Shown here one piece after another: positions 27,475 to 38,313 of a stretch of 64,000 bases of DNA (the stretch's first letter is position 1; each line of letters starts with the position of its first letter). The DNA lies in IMG/VR virus record IMGVR_UViG_3300025084_003379, positions 1-64,000 of that record; one strand, given 5' to 3'. Position numbers and translations under genes: made by a program. This DNA comes from a virus (taxonomy: Duplodnaviria; Caudoviricetes). Under the pieces are notes generated by a model. That model made no database searches. It was not told the origin of the DNA and was given only the letters and a program-made list of their open reading frames with translations.

Positions 27475-28773
27475 ATGTATTCTAACGAACAACTTAATGC
27501 TATACATTCTTCAAAGATCGGATTTGAATTTGAGTTTTTTTCAAATGAAAATTTAGATCTCACGAAGGATAGCTTATCACAAGCTCTTAATAAGAAAATC
27601 AGAATAGAGGAAAAGGCTCATAGTGACTTTACCCCAACCGAAGAAACTTTTAAATTAGAACCAGATAATTCTGGTGGTACCGGTATGATTGAATTGGTAA
27701 CCGGCCCACTTCCATTTGTTGAAGCTAAATTAGTTATGGCTAAAGCTTTAAAATGGATTAGAGAAAATGGCTCTACTAATGAAAGATGCTCTATCCACAT
27801 AAACCTTGCGTTTGATGGTAAAAAGCTAGGCCCTATTACAAATATGTCTAATTTAGATATAGGTAAATTTGTACTTAACTTTGATGAAAACAAAGTATAT
27901 GAAGCCTTTCCAAACAGAAGAGATTCTGTTTATGCAAAATCTATAAAGTTTATTGTACCTTTAAGTGGTATGACACAACCATCACCAGAAAAAAATCTTT
28001 GGAAAAACTATATGTTTGTCAAAGAAAAGTATTATGGTATTAATTTTAGTAAAGTACCTAAAGGTTATATTGAATTTAGATACTTAGGTGGAAAGGATTA
28101 TGAAAATAGATATTCTACTATACTCTCACTAACCGAACATTTTATTACTTCATTATATGAGACTTTAGTTAATCCTCAATATAGTGAATCTGACCTAAAA
28201 GTTTTAGATAAGATTTTAGAAAAGCATAAAACTGTTATTGAATCTTATAGAACATATTCTTCATTTAAAGAAAAGTTTCCAAATATTCATTTAATGATTG
28301 ATCTAAAAACAGCAGATCAAATTGTAGAAATGTATTATCCTAAAATACGCGAAAAGATTTTTGATTTAATTACTAAGGCTGATATGAATGAAGGCTTTAT
28401 TAATTATGACGCGGACACTGGAAGAATACAGATAAAGGATGCTAAATTAATGAGATGTTTTGAAATAAATGGAATTGATATAGTTGATTCTATAATTCAA
28501 GGCAATATTGTTAACTGTGATATTTTTAGCTGCGATTTAAAAAATTCATCAATATTTGAATCTAACTTATTTGGGGCTACTGTTGCAGAAGATTCCAAGA
28601 TAGAAGAATCTTATGTTAGTAGAAATGTAATATGTGAGGATAGTTATGTATTTGGCAAAAGAGGAGTTTTTAGTGGAGAAATGGTTGGAGGTATATTTAG
28701 ACAAGGTAGAGCTACAAAGCTTGCTAGGTTTGGTGATAATACTGAGGTGATAGAAATAGAAAAAATTAAATAA
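27475..28773 (+). CDS. Putative amidoligase (COOH-NH2 ligase fold) with C-terminal beta-helix-like repeats
   Basis: IGFEFEF, IELVT, CSIHIN, KYYGIN and IEFR motifs. Confidence 0.75.
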   Translation: MYSNEQLNAIHSSKIGFEFEFFSNENLDLTKDSLSQALNKKIRIEEKAHSDFTPTEETFKLEPDNSGGTGMIELVTGPLPFVEAKLVMAKALKWIRENGSTNERCSIHINLAFDGKKLGPITNMSNLDIGKFVLNFDENKVYEAFPNRRDSVYAKSIKFIVPLSGMTQPSPEKNLWKNYMFVKEKYYGINFSKVPKGYIEFRYLGGKDYENRYSTILSLTEHFITSLYETLVNPQYSESDLKVLDKILEKHKTVIESYRTYSSFKEKFPNIHLMIDLKTADQIVEMYYPKIREKIFDLITKADMNEGFINYDADTGRIQIKDAKLMRCFEINGIDIVDSIIQGNIVNCDIFSCDLKNSSIFESNLFGATVAEDSKIEESYVSRNVICEDSYVFGKRGVFSGEMVGGIFRQGRATKLARFGDNTEVIEIEKIK

Positions 28774-28777
28774 AGTT

Positions 28778-29632
28778 ATGGCTAGGAATAAAAGTTGGTG
28801 TAACCCAGACGCACAAGAATGTTTAGATGCACTCATAAAAGAAATTAATGATGATTTGACTGTTGCGTGCCAAATACCTTTTACTGTACCAAAAAAGGAA
28901 TTGGCTCATATTATAAATAGGGCAAAGGATTATTTTTATAAAATATATGAAGATAGTGTTGAAGAGATGTTTATCGCTTTACCTAAATCTGCATGGTACG
29001 AAAAAGACTTTAGGCAAGGAATAAGTCATAATGATGGTGGAAATACTCTAACCGAAAATGATGTAAAAAATCCTAGAGGTGTTGTAAAAATGCCTAGTAC
29101 TATTTGGGCAGTCAACGATGTATTTCAGATTAATGGATTTTCAGGAGAAGATGGTGGCTTTGGTAGTCAATCATTTTCAGCAGGTGATGTAGACTTTTCA
29201 TTAGATAAATTTATTTACTCTGATGTGTACGGTGCAGGAATTGGATCAGAAGAACTTATGTATTATGTAATTAATGAAAAATTTATTGATAACGCAAGAC
29301 AGGTATTACAACCACAAATATCATATAACTACAATAGACTGACCAAGAAATTCAGATTTATGGGTAAGTTGCCAAATAAAGGTGCATGTATTTTTCAAGT
29401 ATATAATACTATTCCTGATTGTGATCTTTTCCAAGATGAAGCTTTTATAAGATATTGTATCGGTATGGCAAAAATTCAATTATCTAGAATATTAGGTACA
29501 TTTCAATTTAACCTTCCAGGTAATATTACCATTAATTATGATTTGATTTCAAGCGAAGGGCGAGAAGAGGTTGATTCGATAGTAGAAGAAATAAAAGGTG
29601 ATGAAGGTGTTGACTATTTCTACACGGGGTAA
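28778..29632 (+). CDS. gp13: Neck protein (T4 gp13-like)
   Basis: C-terminal RYCIGMAKIQLSRILGTFQFNLPGNITINYDLISSEG resembles the gp13 end. Confidence 0.78.
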   Translation: MARNKSWCNPDAQECLDALIKEINDDLTVACQIPFTVPKKELAHIINRAKDYFYKIYEDSVEEMFIALPKSAWYEKDFRQGISHNDGGNTLTENDVKNPRGVVKMPSTIWAVNDVFQINGFSGEDGGFGSQSFSAGDVDFSLDKFIYSDVYGAGIGSEELMYYVINEKFIDNARQVLQPQISYNYNRLTKKFRFMGKLPNKGACIFQVYNTIPDCDLFQDEAFIRYCIGMAKIQLSRILGTFQFNLPGNITINYDLISSEGREEVDSIVEEIKGDEGVDYFYTG

Positions 29633-29661
29633 AATATAATCTAATACCCTCAAAAAATGTA

Positions 29662-29688
29662 GAGAATATATAATAAAATAATATTCTC
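29662..29688 (+). promoter_or_regulatory. Class B motif forming the left arm of a hairpin that abuts the gp25 start
   Basis: GAGAATAT 29662-29669 and ATATTCTC 29681-29688; ATG at 29690. Confidence 0.5.
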
Positions 29689-29689
29689 A

Positions 29690-30055
29690 ATGATAAAGGA
29701 AATATACAGTAGAGACATAGATTCACCTAAGTATAATAATGATGTAATTGAAGTAACAGATCAATTGCAGCAACTTATTCTTAAAGTAGAGAATTGTTTA
29801 TTTACTCGCAAGGGAGATGTTCTAGGTGCACCTAATATGGGATGTAACTTAGATGACCTTATCTTTTCGTTAGTATTAAATGAATCAGTTATTGCTCAGA
29901 GGATCAGTACACAGATTCAAACATACTGTTCTAATAGCAGCAGCTCCCAATTTGGTGTTGATGTTAGAGTACAGTTTTATAGTACAGCAGAAAGAAATGG
30001 TTGCCTTGTAGATATTTACATAGATGAGCGAAGAGTAATTGGTGCTTTGTTTTAA
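29690..30055 (+). CDS. gp25: Baseplate wedge / sheath initiator (gp25-like)
   Basis: LFTRKGDVLGAPNMGCNLDDLIF. Confidence 0.82.
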   Translation: MIKEIYSRDIDSPKYNNDVIEVTDQLQQLILKVENCLFTRKGDVLGAPNMGCNLDDLIFSLVLNESVIAQRISTQIQTYCSNSSSSQFGVDVRVQFYSTAERNGCLVDIYIDERRVIGALF

Positions 30056-30073
30056 AATAAAATAAAATAGTTA

Positions 30074-31930
30074 ATGTCATTTTTTAGTAAAACCAGAATT
30101 AAAGCAACAGAGTTATTCTTTGATGCATTTGAGTACCTACAAAGACAGTATGAACAAGCCGGTGAAGTATTTACACCTGCATCTCCATTTGGACAGATAC
30201 TTACAGTTGTTTCTAACTTAGGTGAACTTATTTTATTTTATATTGAGGCTGTTGCTACCGAGCTTAATATAAGTAGAGCAAGAAACATTGAATCCATATA
30301 TGGTTTATCTAGATTAACAGGGCATGATCCAACTAGAGGAATATCAGCACAAGGTATATTAGGATTAAGACTTAATACATCAGCATCATCATTAGTGGAA
30401 GGTGATTATGTACAAATACAAAATTACATTGCATTAGAGGTAGGTCAAAATAGTTTATCTTATTTTTTAAAATTTGATAGCGATTATATTAGATTAGAGA
30501 AAACTACAACTGCATTTGTAAATGTAGAATTAATTCAAGGAGAAATTGAAGATCAAACTTTTACTGGAACTGGTGAAGCATTGCAAAGTTATAATTTAAC
30601 TACAAAAGAACCTACTGATCAATATATGGTTAATGTAGTGGTTGATGGCAAGCTATGGAGAAATGTAGATTCACTATATGATATGAACAACGGAGATGAG
30701 GCTGCTTTAGTAAAGACAAGCGTTAATGGTGGGTTAACAGTATTTTTTGGAAATAATCAGTTTGGCCAACCACCTGCACTAGGATCAATTATTAGAGTTA
30801 CTTATGTAAAGACTAGAGGTTCTGCTGGTAACATTGGTGGTAGTAATTTAGATATTAAATTTAAAGATCCTGCAACAGACGCACAAGGTAATGAAGTTGA
30901 CTTGGATCAGGTATTGGCAATAAATATTGTAAGAAATCCAATGTTTGGTTCTAATAGTGAAGATCCTGAGTTTACTAGGCTTATTGCGCCATATCAGAGT
31001 AATTCATTTGTTTTAGCTAATCCTAACAATTATATTTACTATTTAAGTAAATATGATTTCTTTTCTTTTGTAGATGCATATAATACTAAAAATGATCAAT
31101 ACTTAGATGATGATAATATTATATACTTATTCTTAATACCAGATGTGGCAAAAAAGATAACAAGTGATTTGGATTATTTTAATGTTCCACAAGAAGAATT
31201 TTCGCTAAGCTTAGATGAGAAAGAAATGGTATATGAAATATTAAATGAAAGTGGGCGACAAGTTGTAACAGCTGAGGTTAGAATAAATGATCCTGTAATT
31301 AAAAAATATGCTCTTAATATTGTTTTAAGATATGTTGAAGGTTTTGATAAAGATGAGATTCATGCAGAGATAAGAGAAAATCTTAGTACATATTTTATAA
31401 GTGTAAATAGAAGAGATAGAATTCCGAGATCAGATTTAATTGCAATTATAGAAAATGTAGATGGTGTAGATTCTGTTAATGTATTTTTTATATCAGAAGA
31501 AAATGAAAAAGCAATCAGAGATGGTTTTTATGAAATACCTGTTTTTGGAACTGACCCAGTCACAGATCAAAAAGTTCTTATCGAAACTAACAAAATTACT
31601 TTGGGGCCTGATGAAGATCCTCAGTTAGGTTTAGATAGCTTTGGTGATGTTGTAATTGGACCAGAAGAATTAGCAATAATAAGAGGTGGTTGGGATGATA
31701 GGAACGGTACTTATTATGAAGAGACCCCTAATAAAAATGCTATCAGTTCTTTAAACATATTCTTTAAAGGTACTATTCCAAATAACTTATATAATAAAAC
31801 ACAACAGGCTAAATTTAATAACTTAAAAAGAAATAGAGGTACTACAATAGCAACATCAAAAAATTCTAGAAGTACTAATACAGGTAGGTTAAAAGATAAC
31901 CCAACGTTAAAAGCAATACAAGGAAATTAA
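30074..31930 (+). CDS. gp6: Baseplate wedge subunit (gp6 / baseplate J-like)
   Basis: NISRARNIESIYGLSRLTG, VELIQG, TVFFGNNQFG, IRVTYVKTRGSAGN. Confidence 0.78.
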   Translation: MSFFSKTRIKATELFFDAFEYLQRQYEQAGEVFTPASPFGQILTVVSNLGELILFYIEAVATELNISRARNIESIYGLSRLTGHDPTRGISAQGILGLRLNTSASSLVEGDYVQIQNYIALEVGQNSLSYFLKFDSDYIRLEKTTTAFVNVELIQGEIEDQTFTGTGEALQSYNLTTKEPTDQYMVNVVVDGKLWRNVDSLYDMNNGDEAALVKTSVNGGLTVFFGNNQFGQPPALGSIIRVTYVKTRGSAGNIGGSNLDIKFKDPATDAQGNEVDLDQVLAINIVRNPMFGSNSEDPEFTRLIAPYQSNSFVLANPNNYIYYLSKYDFFSFVDAYNTKNDQYLDDDNIIYLFLIPDVAKKITSDLDYFNVPQEEFSLSLDEKEMVYEILNESGRQVVTAEVRINDPVIKKYALNIVLRYVEGFDKDEIHAEIRENLSTYFISVNRRDRIPRSDLIAIIENVDGVDSVNVFFISEENEKAIRDGFYEIPVFGTDPVTDQKVLIETNKITLGPDEDPQLGLDSFGDVVIGPEELAIIRGGWDDRNGTYYEETPNKNAISSLNIFFKGTIPNNLYNKTQQAKFNNLKRNRGTTIATSKNSRSTNTGRLKDNPTLKAIQGN

Positions 31931-31931
31931 T

Positions 31932-32201
31932 ATGAATAAATTTACAGAAAGACGTACTGGTATGCCAAGTGTATATAAAGCTACATATGAAGAGGGGTGG
32001 GAATTAAAAAACCTAGGTAATGATTATAATGAAAACTTAATGAGAAATTCTTTTTCTAATTATATGTTTAGAAATGAAAGACTTGGAATATTCTTAGATG
32101 AGTATTTAAAACCTATAATGACTTTCTGGATTAATAAAGTAAAGTATCTAAGAATATACTATAATTTTGGTGTACCTAAAGATTATCAAAAAATAAATTA
32201 A
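31932..32201 (+). CDS. Small baseplate-cluster protein
   Basis: 89-aa ORF tightly packed between gp6 and the gp7-like gene. Confidence 0.6.
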   Translation: MNKFTERRTGMPSVYKATYEEGWELKNLGNDYNENLMRNSFSNYMFRNERLGIFLDEYLKPIMTFWINKVKYLRIYYNFGVPKDYQKIN

Positions 32202-32202
32202 G

Positions 32203-35200
32203 ATGGCTAATAATTGGCAATATTTAAACTTCTTTGATAAGAATGGAAAATACTTAAACCTTGATTATGATAAAGATCAAGATAAGTGGACGGGAAATGT
32301 TTATTTGCCTGAAGTTTCTATTGGTTTATTTGAAGTTGGACAATTATTTATTTTACAAGAATTTATTAATTCGAATACTAATACAAAACAATTTGGATTT
32401 CCACATGGTCTTGAGGTTGCTACTGGTACAACTGGATCAACTAATGGTATATGTAATTGGGTTGCTGAATGGGAAACATCAGATCCTACTGAGATATTCT
32501 TGTTTCAGTTTGATATGAATTTTGATACAGGTACTCAGACTTCGTTAGAGATAGAACCAGATGGACCACCTTTAAAAATAGTATCTGAAGTAGAGATACC
32601 GTTAGATAGCGATCCTAATTATATAGTTAGTCCTGAAGGATTTTTAATCACTGATCAAATTACATCAGAGGCATTACAAATTAATGTTGCAATAAGATCT
32701 GAAGTAGAAAATACGTTTAAGAGGACTTTATTTATTAAAGATGATTGTACTGGTAACATTATAGCTGAAATATTATTTTGGGGAGAAACTGTTGGTGAGG
32801 ATGAAAGGTTAAAGGTTATGACTCAAAATATGGGGTATAATATTTTAGAATCAGATAGTAGTGTATTTAGAGATACTAATATTAAAGAAATTCTACCTAA
32901 CTTTGAAGAAGTAAATTTAAAGAGAAAGGAGATCATGTTAGAAGGTTCTAATATTTACCCTTTCATAGGTTCTTACAAAGGATTAGTTAATGCAATTAAA
33001 TTCTTTGGTTATGATAAATTAGATGTTAAAGAATTTTGGAGAAATGTTGATGCTAACTCTCCACAGTTCGGTAAATATATTATGAGTAATAGTATTGATA
33101 TATTTAACCCAACGGTTCAATTAAATGACAAATCAATAACACTACCTAATAAAAGATTTAGAAAAACAAGTTTATTTAGTTTAGTTTATAGAATTAATAA
33201 TATAGTACCTGATAAGTTTGATGAAGAGTCATTACCTATAACTGAAGAAAATTTTGATTTTACTATTGAAGAAATTTTAATAAAGTTATTTGGTTTAAAA
33301 AGAAAATTAGAAAGCGAATTTTTACCTCTTAATGCTAGGATTAAAGATATCACAGGTGAGGCTGACTTTTTTGGTTTATTAGAAGTAGTTAATACAATAA
33401 GTAGAAATGATAAGAGAGAAATTGTAGCAGGTATAGATACTAACTTTAAACTTTCTACCGATGATTGTATTTACATGGAAGATCTTAGATCATTTAGCCA
33501 ATTTTGTTTAGCATCGGAGGCTATAGTTAACCAAGCTATAATAAATTATTGTAATGCATATATAGCACCACTTGCATCGGCTCAGAATATTGGTAGAAAT
33601 TTAGTAGTTGGTCCTGTGTCAGGTTCTTATAATTATCCTCCGGCTCCAATTGGACCAGATCCTAATAGCCCTCTAGGTAATATACAAAATGGTAATGATT
33701 TTAAAGTTTCAGATTTAGCAGATGCGTTTTTAGCTTATTTTACTAGGTATGCGCCAAAATTAAATAAGGTTGGTGCGTGGCCTGATGGTGAGTCTTCGTA
33801 TTATTTACCTGACAAGCCGGATATACCAGTTGGGGCAATGACTGTTTTAAAGAATGATTCATTTAAAAATATAACATGGGATAATGTAAACTCTACATGG
33901 AATCAATTAAACGATGCAAATACATTCTTTACATTTGACATTGATCCACAAGGAGTATTCGTAGGTGATGTATTTTCTGTTACTGATCCTGCTACAGGAA
34001 CAGGCGCTAGTTACACTGCTGTAGTCGGTGATACTGATGTTGAGGTTAGGGATGCTCTCTATAACCAGTTAGCATTATTAAAGTCATCATTTACAGACCC
34101 TTGGTTATTTTGGGATATTAGTAAAGAAACTATTTCTACGGGTGAGGTGATTAGATTATTTGGGCAGAATGTCGATAGATTAAATGTTTCATGTCAATCT
34201 TCAGTAGGAAGTCAATTATTATTTAACCAATTACCAGGAGAAACTTTATTTACCTGGGATGGTATAGAAAGAGGTAATTTTGATGAAATAGAGTGGACCA
34301 TATATAAAGATGCTACAGATGTTTCACCTTCTTACTACAAGAAAATAAGAGGTCCTATTGCACAGTATAATAATTTACCTATAATATTACCATACGTAGG
34401 AGTATATAGTGTAGAAATGAAGCTATATGACTTATACAATAATATATCGTCAAATGTTAAGACTGATTTTATTTGTGTAGAAAATAGAGAAGTTGAATAC
34501 TCTGGTTGGTATCAAGCAAGGAAATTAAATTATACTTGGTCAAGCGAAGGATCTTACGATTGGAACAATTATGGATCTTTATGGAATTTACCTATTACCC
34601 CTGATGTAACATGGGATCAAGAGACTCCTAGCTTATATGCATCGTTAGATAGAGTAAATGCAATATTAAATAATTTTGGTTTAGGTACATCACCTGACTT
34701 TCAGTTATTAAATTTTCAAGATGATGGTAAAGCTAGTTTTTCTAGCCCATATAGGTGGGAGAATTTAACCACCGGTGGTTGGAATGACACTTATCATTTA
34801 TGGTGGGATATGACTAGTACTACTGGTGATACACCTGCATTTTTTCAATTCCAAGAAGTTGTGCCTGAAACATATCTTAAAATAACTGATGTTAATGGTG
34901 AAACGGCCGAGCATTATTTTGACTTATCAATTAACACATTGGCTGATGCAGCTGCTAGTTTAAATATTAGTACCAATAGAATTATTAATAAGTATGTTTA
35001 TAATGTAGTTTATGACGCAAGTAGTAATCAAAAATTTATACAAGCCGTCTGTAGATATTTTGGGGTACATGGTGATTGGGTATATCTTGATATCGTATAT
35101 GCTAACGGTGATAGAGTATGTCCGAGTACTGGAGTAACAGGTTCACCTTTTTCGACAGGTTCAACTGGCTGCCCGAGTTTGATTTATAGAAAAGGGTTAA

Positions 35201-35493
35201 GCAAAGCAAGCAACCCTACATGGAATACAGCTAAGTTTGTAAACAACGGTAAAACATTACCTAAAATGACTTGGTTAATGTTTGTTTATGATAAATGCAA
35301 GATTCCAGGTAAAACTAATCCTAGGTGGATTATTAAGAATACAACTAACTCAAACATAGCTGATATATATTTTGAGAGTAAATACTTAACATATCTGTTT
35401 AAGGAATCTGGTAAATACGAGATTACCCTTGAACTTACAGATACGAATGGGAATAAATATAAAAAGGGAAGAAATATCCTAGTAATTAAATAA
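32203..35493 (+). CDS. Large baseplate wedge protein (gp7-like) with PKD/Ig-like modules
   Basis: IGSYKGLVNAIKFFG motif; GVYSVEMKLYD and GKYEITLELTD strands. Confidence 0.55.
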   Translation: MANNWQYLNFFDKNGKYLNLDYDKDQDKWTGNVYLPEVSIGLFEVGQLFILQEFINSNTNTKQFGFPHGLEVATGTTGSTNGICNWVAEWETSDPTEIFLFQFDMNFDTGTQTSLEIEPDGPPLKIVSEVEIPLDSDPNYIVSPEGFLITDQITSEALQINVAIRSEVENTFKRTLFIKDDCTGNIIAEILFWGETVGEDERLKVMTQNMGYNILESDSSVFRDTNIKEILPNFEEVNLKRKEIMLEGSNIYPFIGSYKGLVNAIKFFGYDKLDVKEFWRNVDANSPQFGKYIMSNSIDIFNPTVQLNDKSITLPNKRFRKTSLFSLVYRINNIVPDKFDEESLPITEENFDFTIEEILIKLFGLKRKLESEFLPLNARIKDITGEADFFGLLEVVNTISRNDKREIVAGIDTNFKLSTDDCIYMEDLRSFSQFCLASEAIVNQAIINYCNAYIAPLASAQNIGRNLVVGPVSGSYNYPPAPIGPDPNSPLGNIQNGNDFKVSDLADAFLAYFTRYAPKLNKVGAWPDGESSYYLPDKPDIPVGAMTVLKNDSFKNITWDNVNSTWNQLNDANTFFTFDIDPQGVFVGDVFSVTDPATGTGASYTAVVGDTDVEVRDALYNQLALLKSSFTDPWLFWDISKETISTGEVIRLFGQNVDRLNVSCQSSVGSQLLFNQLPGETLFTWDGIERGNFDEIEWTIYKDATDVSPSYYKKIRGPIAQYNNLPIILPYVGVYSVEMKLYDLYNNISSNVKTDFICVENREVEYSGWYQARKLNYTWSSEGSYDWNNYGSLWNLPITPDVTWDQETPSLYASLDRVNAILNNFGLGTSPDFQLLNFQDDGKASFSSPYRWENLTTGGWNDTYHLWWDMTSTTGDTPAFFQFQEVVPETYLKITDVNGETAEHYFDLSINTLADAAASLNISTNRIINKYVYNVVYDASSNQKFIQAVCRYFGVHGDWVYLDIVYANGDRVCPSTGVTGSPFSTGSTGCPSLIYRKGLSKASNPTWNTAKFVNNGKTLPKMTWLMFVYDKCKIPGKTNPRWIIKNTTNSNIADIYFESKYLTYLFKESGKYEITLELTDTNGNKYKKGRNILVIK

Positions 35494-35502
35494 AGAAAAG
35501 AA

Positions 35503-36153
35503 ATGGCAATTAGCGTAACAGAAATTCTCGGAACAGATTCATTATCCGGATCCAGGTTAGTATTGAATGATAATTTCAATATAGTGACCAGTGAAATTAA
35601 TGCAATGGAGGTTTATTTTAACCCTACTGCAGGTACTATTACCAATCTTAATGATCTGAAGACAGAGTCACTAAGGGTTGGTTTATCTACTGTATTATTA
35701 GATATTAATGCATCTACGTTTGATGTATTAACTAATGTTAATATGACAGGTAATTTAAACTTAAATGGTGGAGGGTTATTTAGAAATGACATAGACCCAC
35801 AAACATTAGATGATATTTTTGCAGGTGCAGTACCTTATAATATAGCAGTAGGTACAAGTACAGCTATACCACCATATACAACAGAGCGTGTTGGTAATAG
35901 TGATGTAGCAAACATTGTAACACTTTCACTAAATGATGGTGCAATTGGTCAGGAAATCTTTTTTGTATATTCACAAGCACAAACTGGTACAGTAAGAATT
36001 ACTGGAGCAGTTACACCACTTGTATTAAGTGGGGGTAATACAAATATAGATTTAGCTGCACAGGGGCAGACTGTTCATTTACTATGTGTTGACGATGGAA
36101 CCGGAAACGGAGTATGGTTTATTGTAGGGGGTGATGCATATACATTATCATAA
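35503..36153 (+). CDS. Baseplate / short-fibre structural protein
   Basis: N-terminus MAISVTEILGTDSLSGSRLVLNDNF is related to that of 46890..50228. Confidence 0.55.
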   Translation: MAISVTEILGTDSLSGSRLVLNDNFNIVTSEINAMEVYFNPTAGTITNLNDLKTESLRVGLSTVLLDINASTFDVLTNVNMTGNLNLNGGGLFRNDIDPQTLDDIFAGAVPYNIAVGTSTAIPPYTTERVGNSDVANIVTLSLNDGAIGQEIFFVYSQAQTGTVRITGAVTPLVLSGGNTNIDLAAQGQTVHLLCVDDGTGNGVWFIVGGDAYTLS

Positions 36154-36176
36154 TAATTAAAAAGAAAAAGTAATAC

Positions 36177-38291
36177 ATGGCAACTACGCCTTTAATTAAA
36201 ACACCGCAAGCTGATGGGGGTACATTTTATACCTTCTCTTCCTCTGCGAGAGATTTGTCTAAGACACTCAATAATGATGAGCTCAAACTGGTCTTTTCTA
36301 AGTTTGTGCTTTTAAATATTCCTGACTTTGATAAGCTAGACCCAAACACATTTAGTAATTACGAAAACTATATGCAGTTTGATACCATTGATGGTATGAT
36401 TCTTAGTGGTGGATTAAAAGGTGATCCTAATGTTAATTTTACAGAAAGTCTTCAGAATTACGCGCTGAACTTAGAAGAATTAATTATTAGTGATGCTTCT
36501 TATGATAATACAATACAGAGATCTGTTGCCGAAAGAGTATTTTTTAAATGGATGAAAGAGACTGGTGCAATGCGATTTCGTGCTGCTACTAATCTTGAAA
36601 AAAATCCTGGAGTTTCAAGGCCTTTGTTTGTTGAAGAAGATGAGATTAAAACAGGAGCAAGGCAATATAGAAAGGTTGTACAATATGTAGGCGATATTGA
36701 TATTGTTAATAATGTAGATAAAGCAGGTGAAGCTTATACAGAACTTTATATTAATGTACCAACTGAAGTAGGTGGAACACCAACTATTTTATTTGATTCT
36801 ATATCTGATGCAAACTATCAACCAAGTTTAAGAATACAGGGTAAAGACGAATTTATCTTAGGGCGTAATGCTAGTACAATACAACCACAAGGATTAAGCA
36901 TAAATGCATTTTATGATTATGATCAACCTTTGCTAGGTTTAAACTCAGGTGGGTATACGGATTCTAATGCAAATTGGATGAATGAACCTACGCCGCCAAC
37001 ATCATTAGATTCTTATTTTACCGAGCCTATAACATTCACATCACCAATCAGTGTTGATATACAAAAATATCCTAGTGATTATAATAATCCCGTTGGATTT
37101 AATGGCTCTGCTTATGTTAGGTCTCAGTTAGATGGTATTTCTGTAGATTTTACACCTAACGATTATGAGCAGATTATAACAGATCCAACAATTGCAACAA
37201 TACCTCAATTTAATGGAACTGATTTAGCAAGTACATTTGAATTTAATGCGGTATTGGTTTATTACGATTTAGTAGACACTAGTAACACAGCAAATACTGT
37301 TACTAACCTTTACGGTATTTTATTAGTAGATAACATAACACCTACAACTGATGGTGGTTATATCCAAAGATACCCAAAATATAAACCTAATAAAGTTACA
37401 GGACAGAATGGAAACAGTTATGGATTTAAAATCAATTTACGATTTGATGCTTCACCAGGAACGGCCGGTATCGATACAATTGTCAATGACTATAATACAT
37501 TTTCAATGCAGCTCTTCAGTGAAGCGACTGCACAACTTCAAGAATCAGCAAAAATATTTCAGACCCAACAATTAGAAATTTCTGAACTGGATCAAAAAGT
37601 ACAGTCATTAGAAAATCAGATAACAAATGTTTCTGATGTTACTTCATTACAAGCACAACTTAACAGTATACAAAGACAATTGGATAATGCCAATCTTGCT
37701 TTTGCTAATGATACTGTTCTGCTTGATTTAATAGCTAAGAACTCTGATGAAATCCAAGGATTGGCAAATGGAAATGTTCCTATTACATTACAATATAACA
37801 CTAATGTAATTAGACAAGGCACAGGAATAAATGTAGATACCAATACACCAAACCTTATAACCATTTCATTAGCAAACCAAGAATATAATTTGATGGTTCC
37901 CTTTGACAAAGATCAATTAGAAATTACTACATCTAATCCTCTTAATTTAAACCAAGCGACACCGCAAGTATTTTCAGACCTTAGGATTTATACAAATATG
38001 CTAAGATTAGATACTGTTAATGAAGCAGGTGGAGATTTAAATGTTTATATAGATGATACTGACATACAATGGTCAACGGGACAAACTTTAAGATTGGTAT
38101 TTAATAATAATCTAAATATAGGTTCAAGAAATATCAGAGTTTGGACAGATGCACAAAGTAGATTAAATACTGGTTCATTTGGAGTTTCTATGGGTGTTAT
38201 AACAAATATAGATATATCACAAAAACCTATCATAGAATTTATATGCACAGAACAAGGCATCTTAAATTTTGTGTATGACGTAATTAAATAA
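36177..38291 (+). CDS. Large virion structural protein with coiled coil
   Basis: 704 aa in structural context; heptad stretch ISELDQKVQSLENQI. Confidence 0.55.
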   Translation: MATTPLIKTPQADGGTFYTFSSSARDLSKTLNNDELKLVFSKFVLLNIPDFDKLDPNTFSNYENYMQFDTIDGMILSGGLKGDPNVNFTESLQNYALNLEELIISDASYDNTIQRSVAERVFFKWMKETGAMRFRAATNLEKNPGVSRPLFVEEDEIKTGARQYRKVVQYVGDIDIVNNVDKAGEAYTELYINVPTEVGGTPTILFDSISDANYQPSLRIQGKDEFILGRNASTIQPQGLSINAFYDYDQPLLGLNSGGYTDSNANWMNEPTPPTSLDSYFTEPITFTSPISVDIQKYPSDYNNPVGFNGSAYVRSQLDGISVDFTPNDYEQIITDPTIATIPQFNGTDLASTFEFNAVLVYYDLVDTSNTANTVTNLYGILLVDNITPTTDGGYIQRYPKYKPNKVTGQNGNSYGFKINLRFDASPGTAGIDTIVNDYNTFSMQLFSEATAQLQESAKIFQTQQLEISELDQKVQSLENQITNVSDVTSLQAQLNSIQRQLDNANLAFANDTVLLDLIAKNSDEIQGLANGNVPITLQYNTNVIRQGTGINVDTNTPNLITISLANQEYNLMVPFDKDQLEITTSNPLNLNQATPQVFSDLRIYTNMLRLDTVNEAGGDLNVYIDDTDIQWSTGQTLRLVFNNNLNIGSRNIRVWTDAQSRLNTGSFGVSMGVITNIDISQKPIIEFICTEQGILNFVYDVIK

Positions 38292-38313
38292 ATAATAAAA
38301 GAAAGCATAACTA

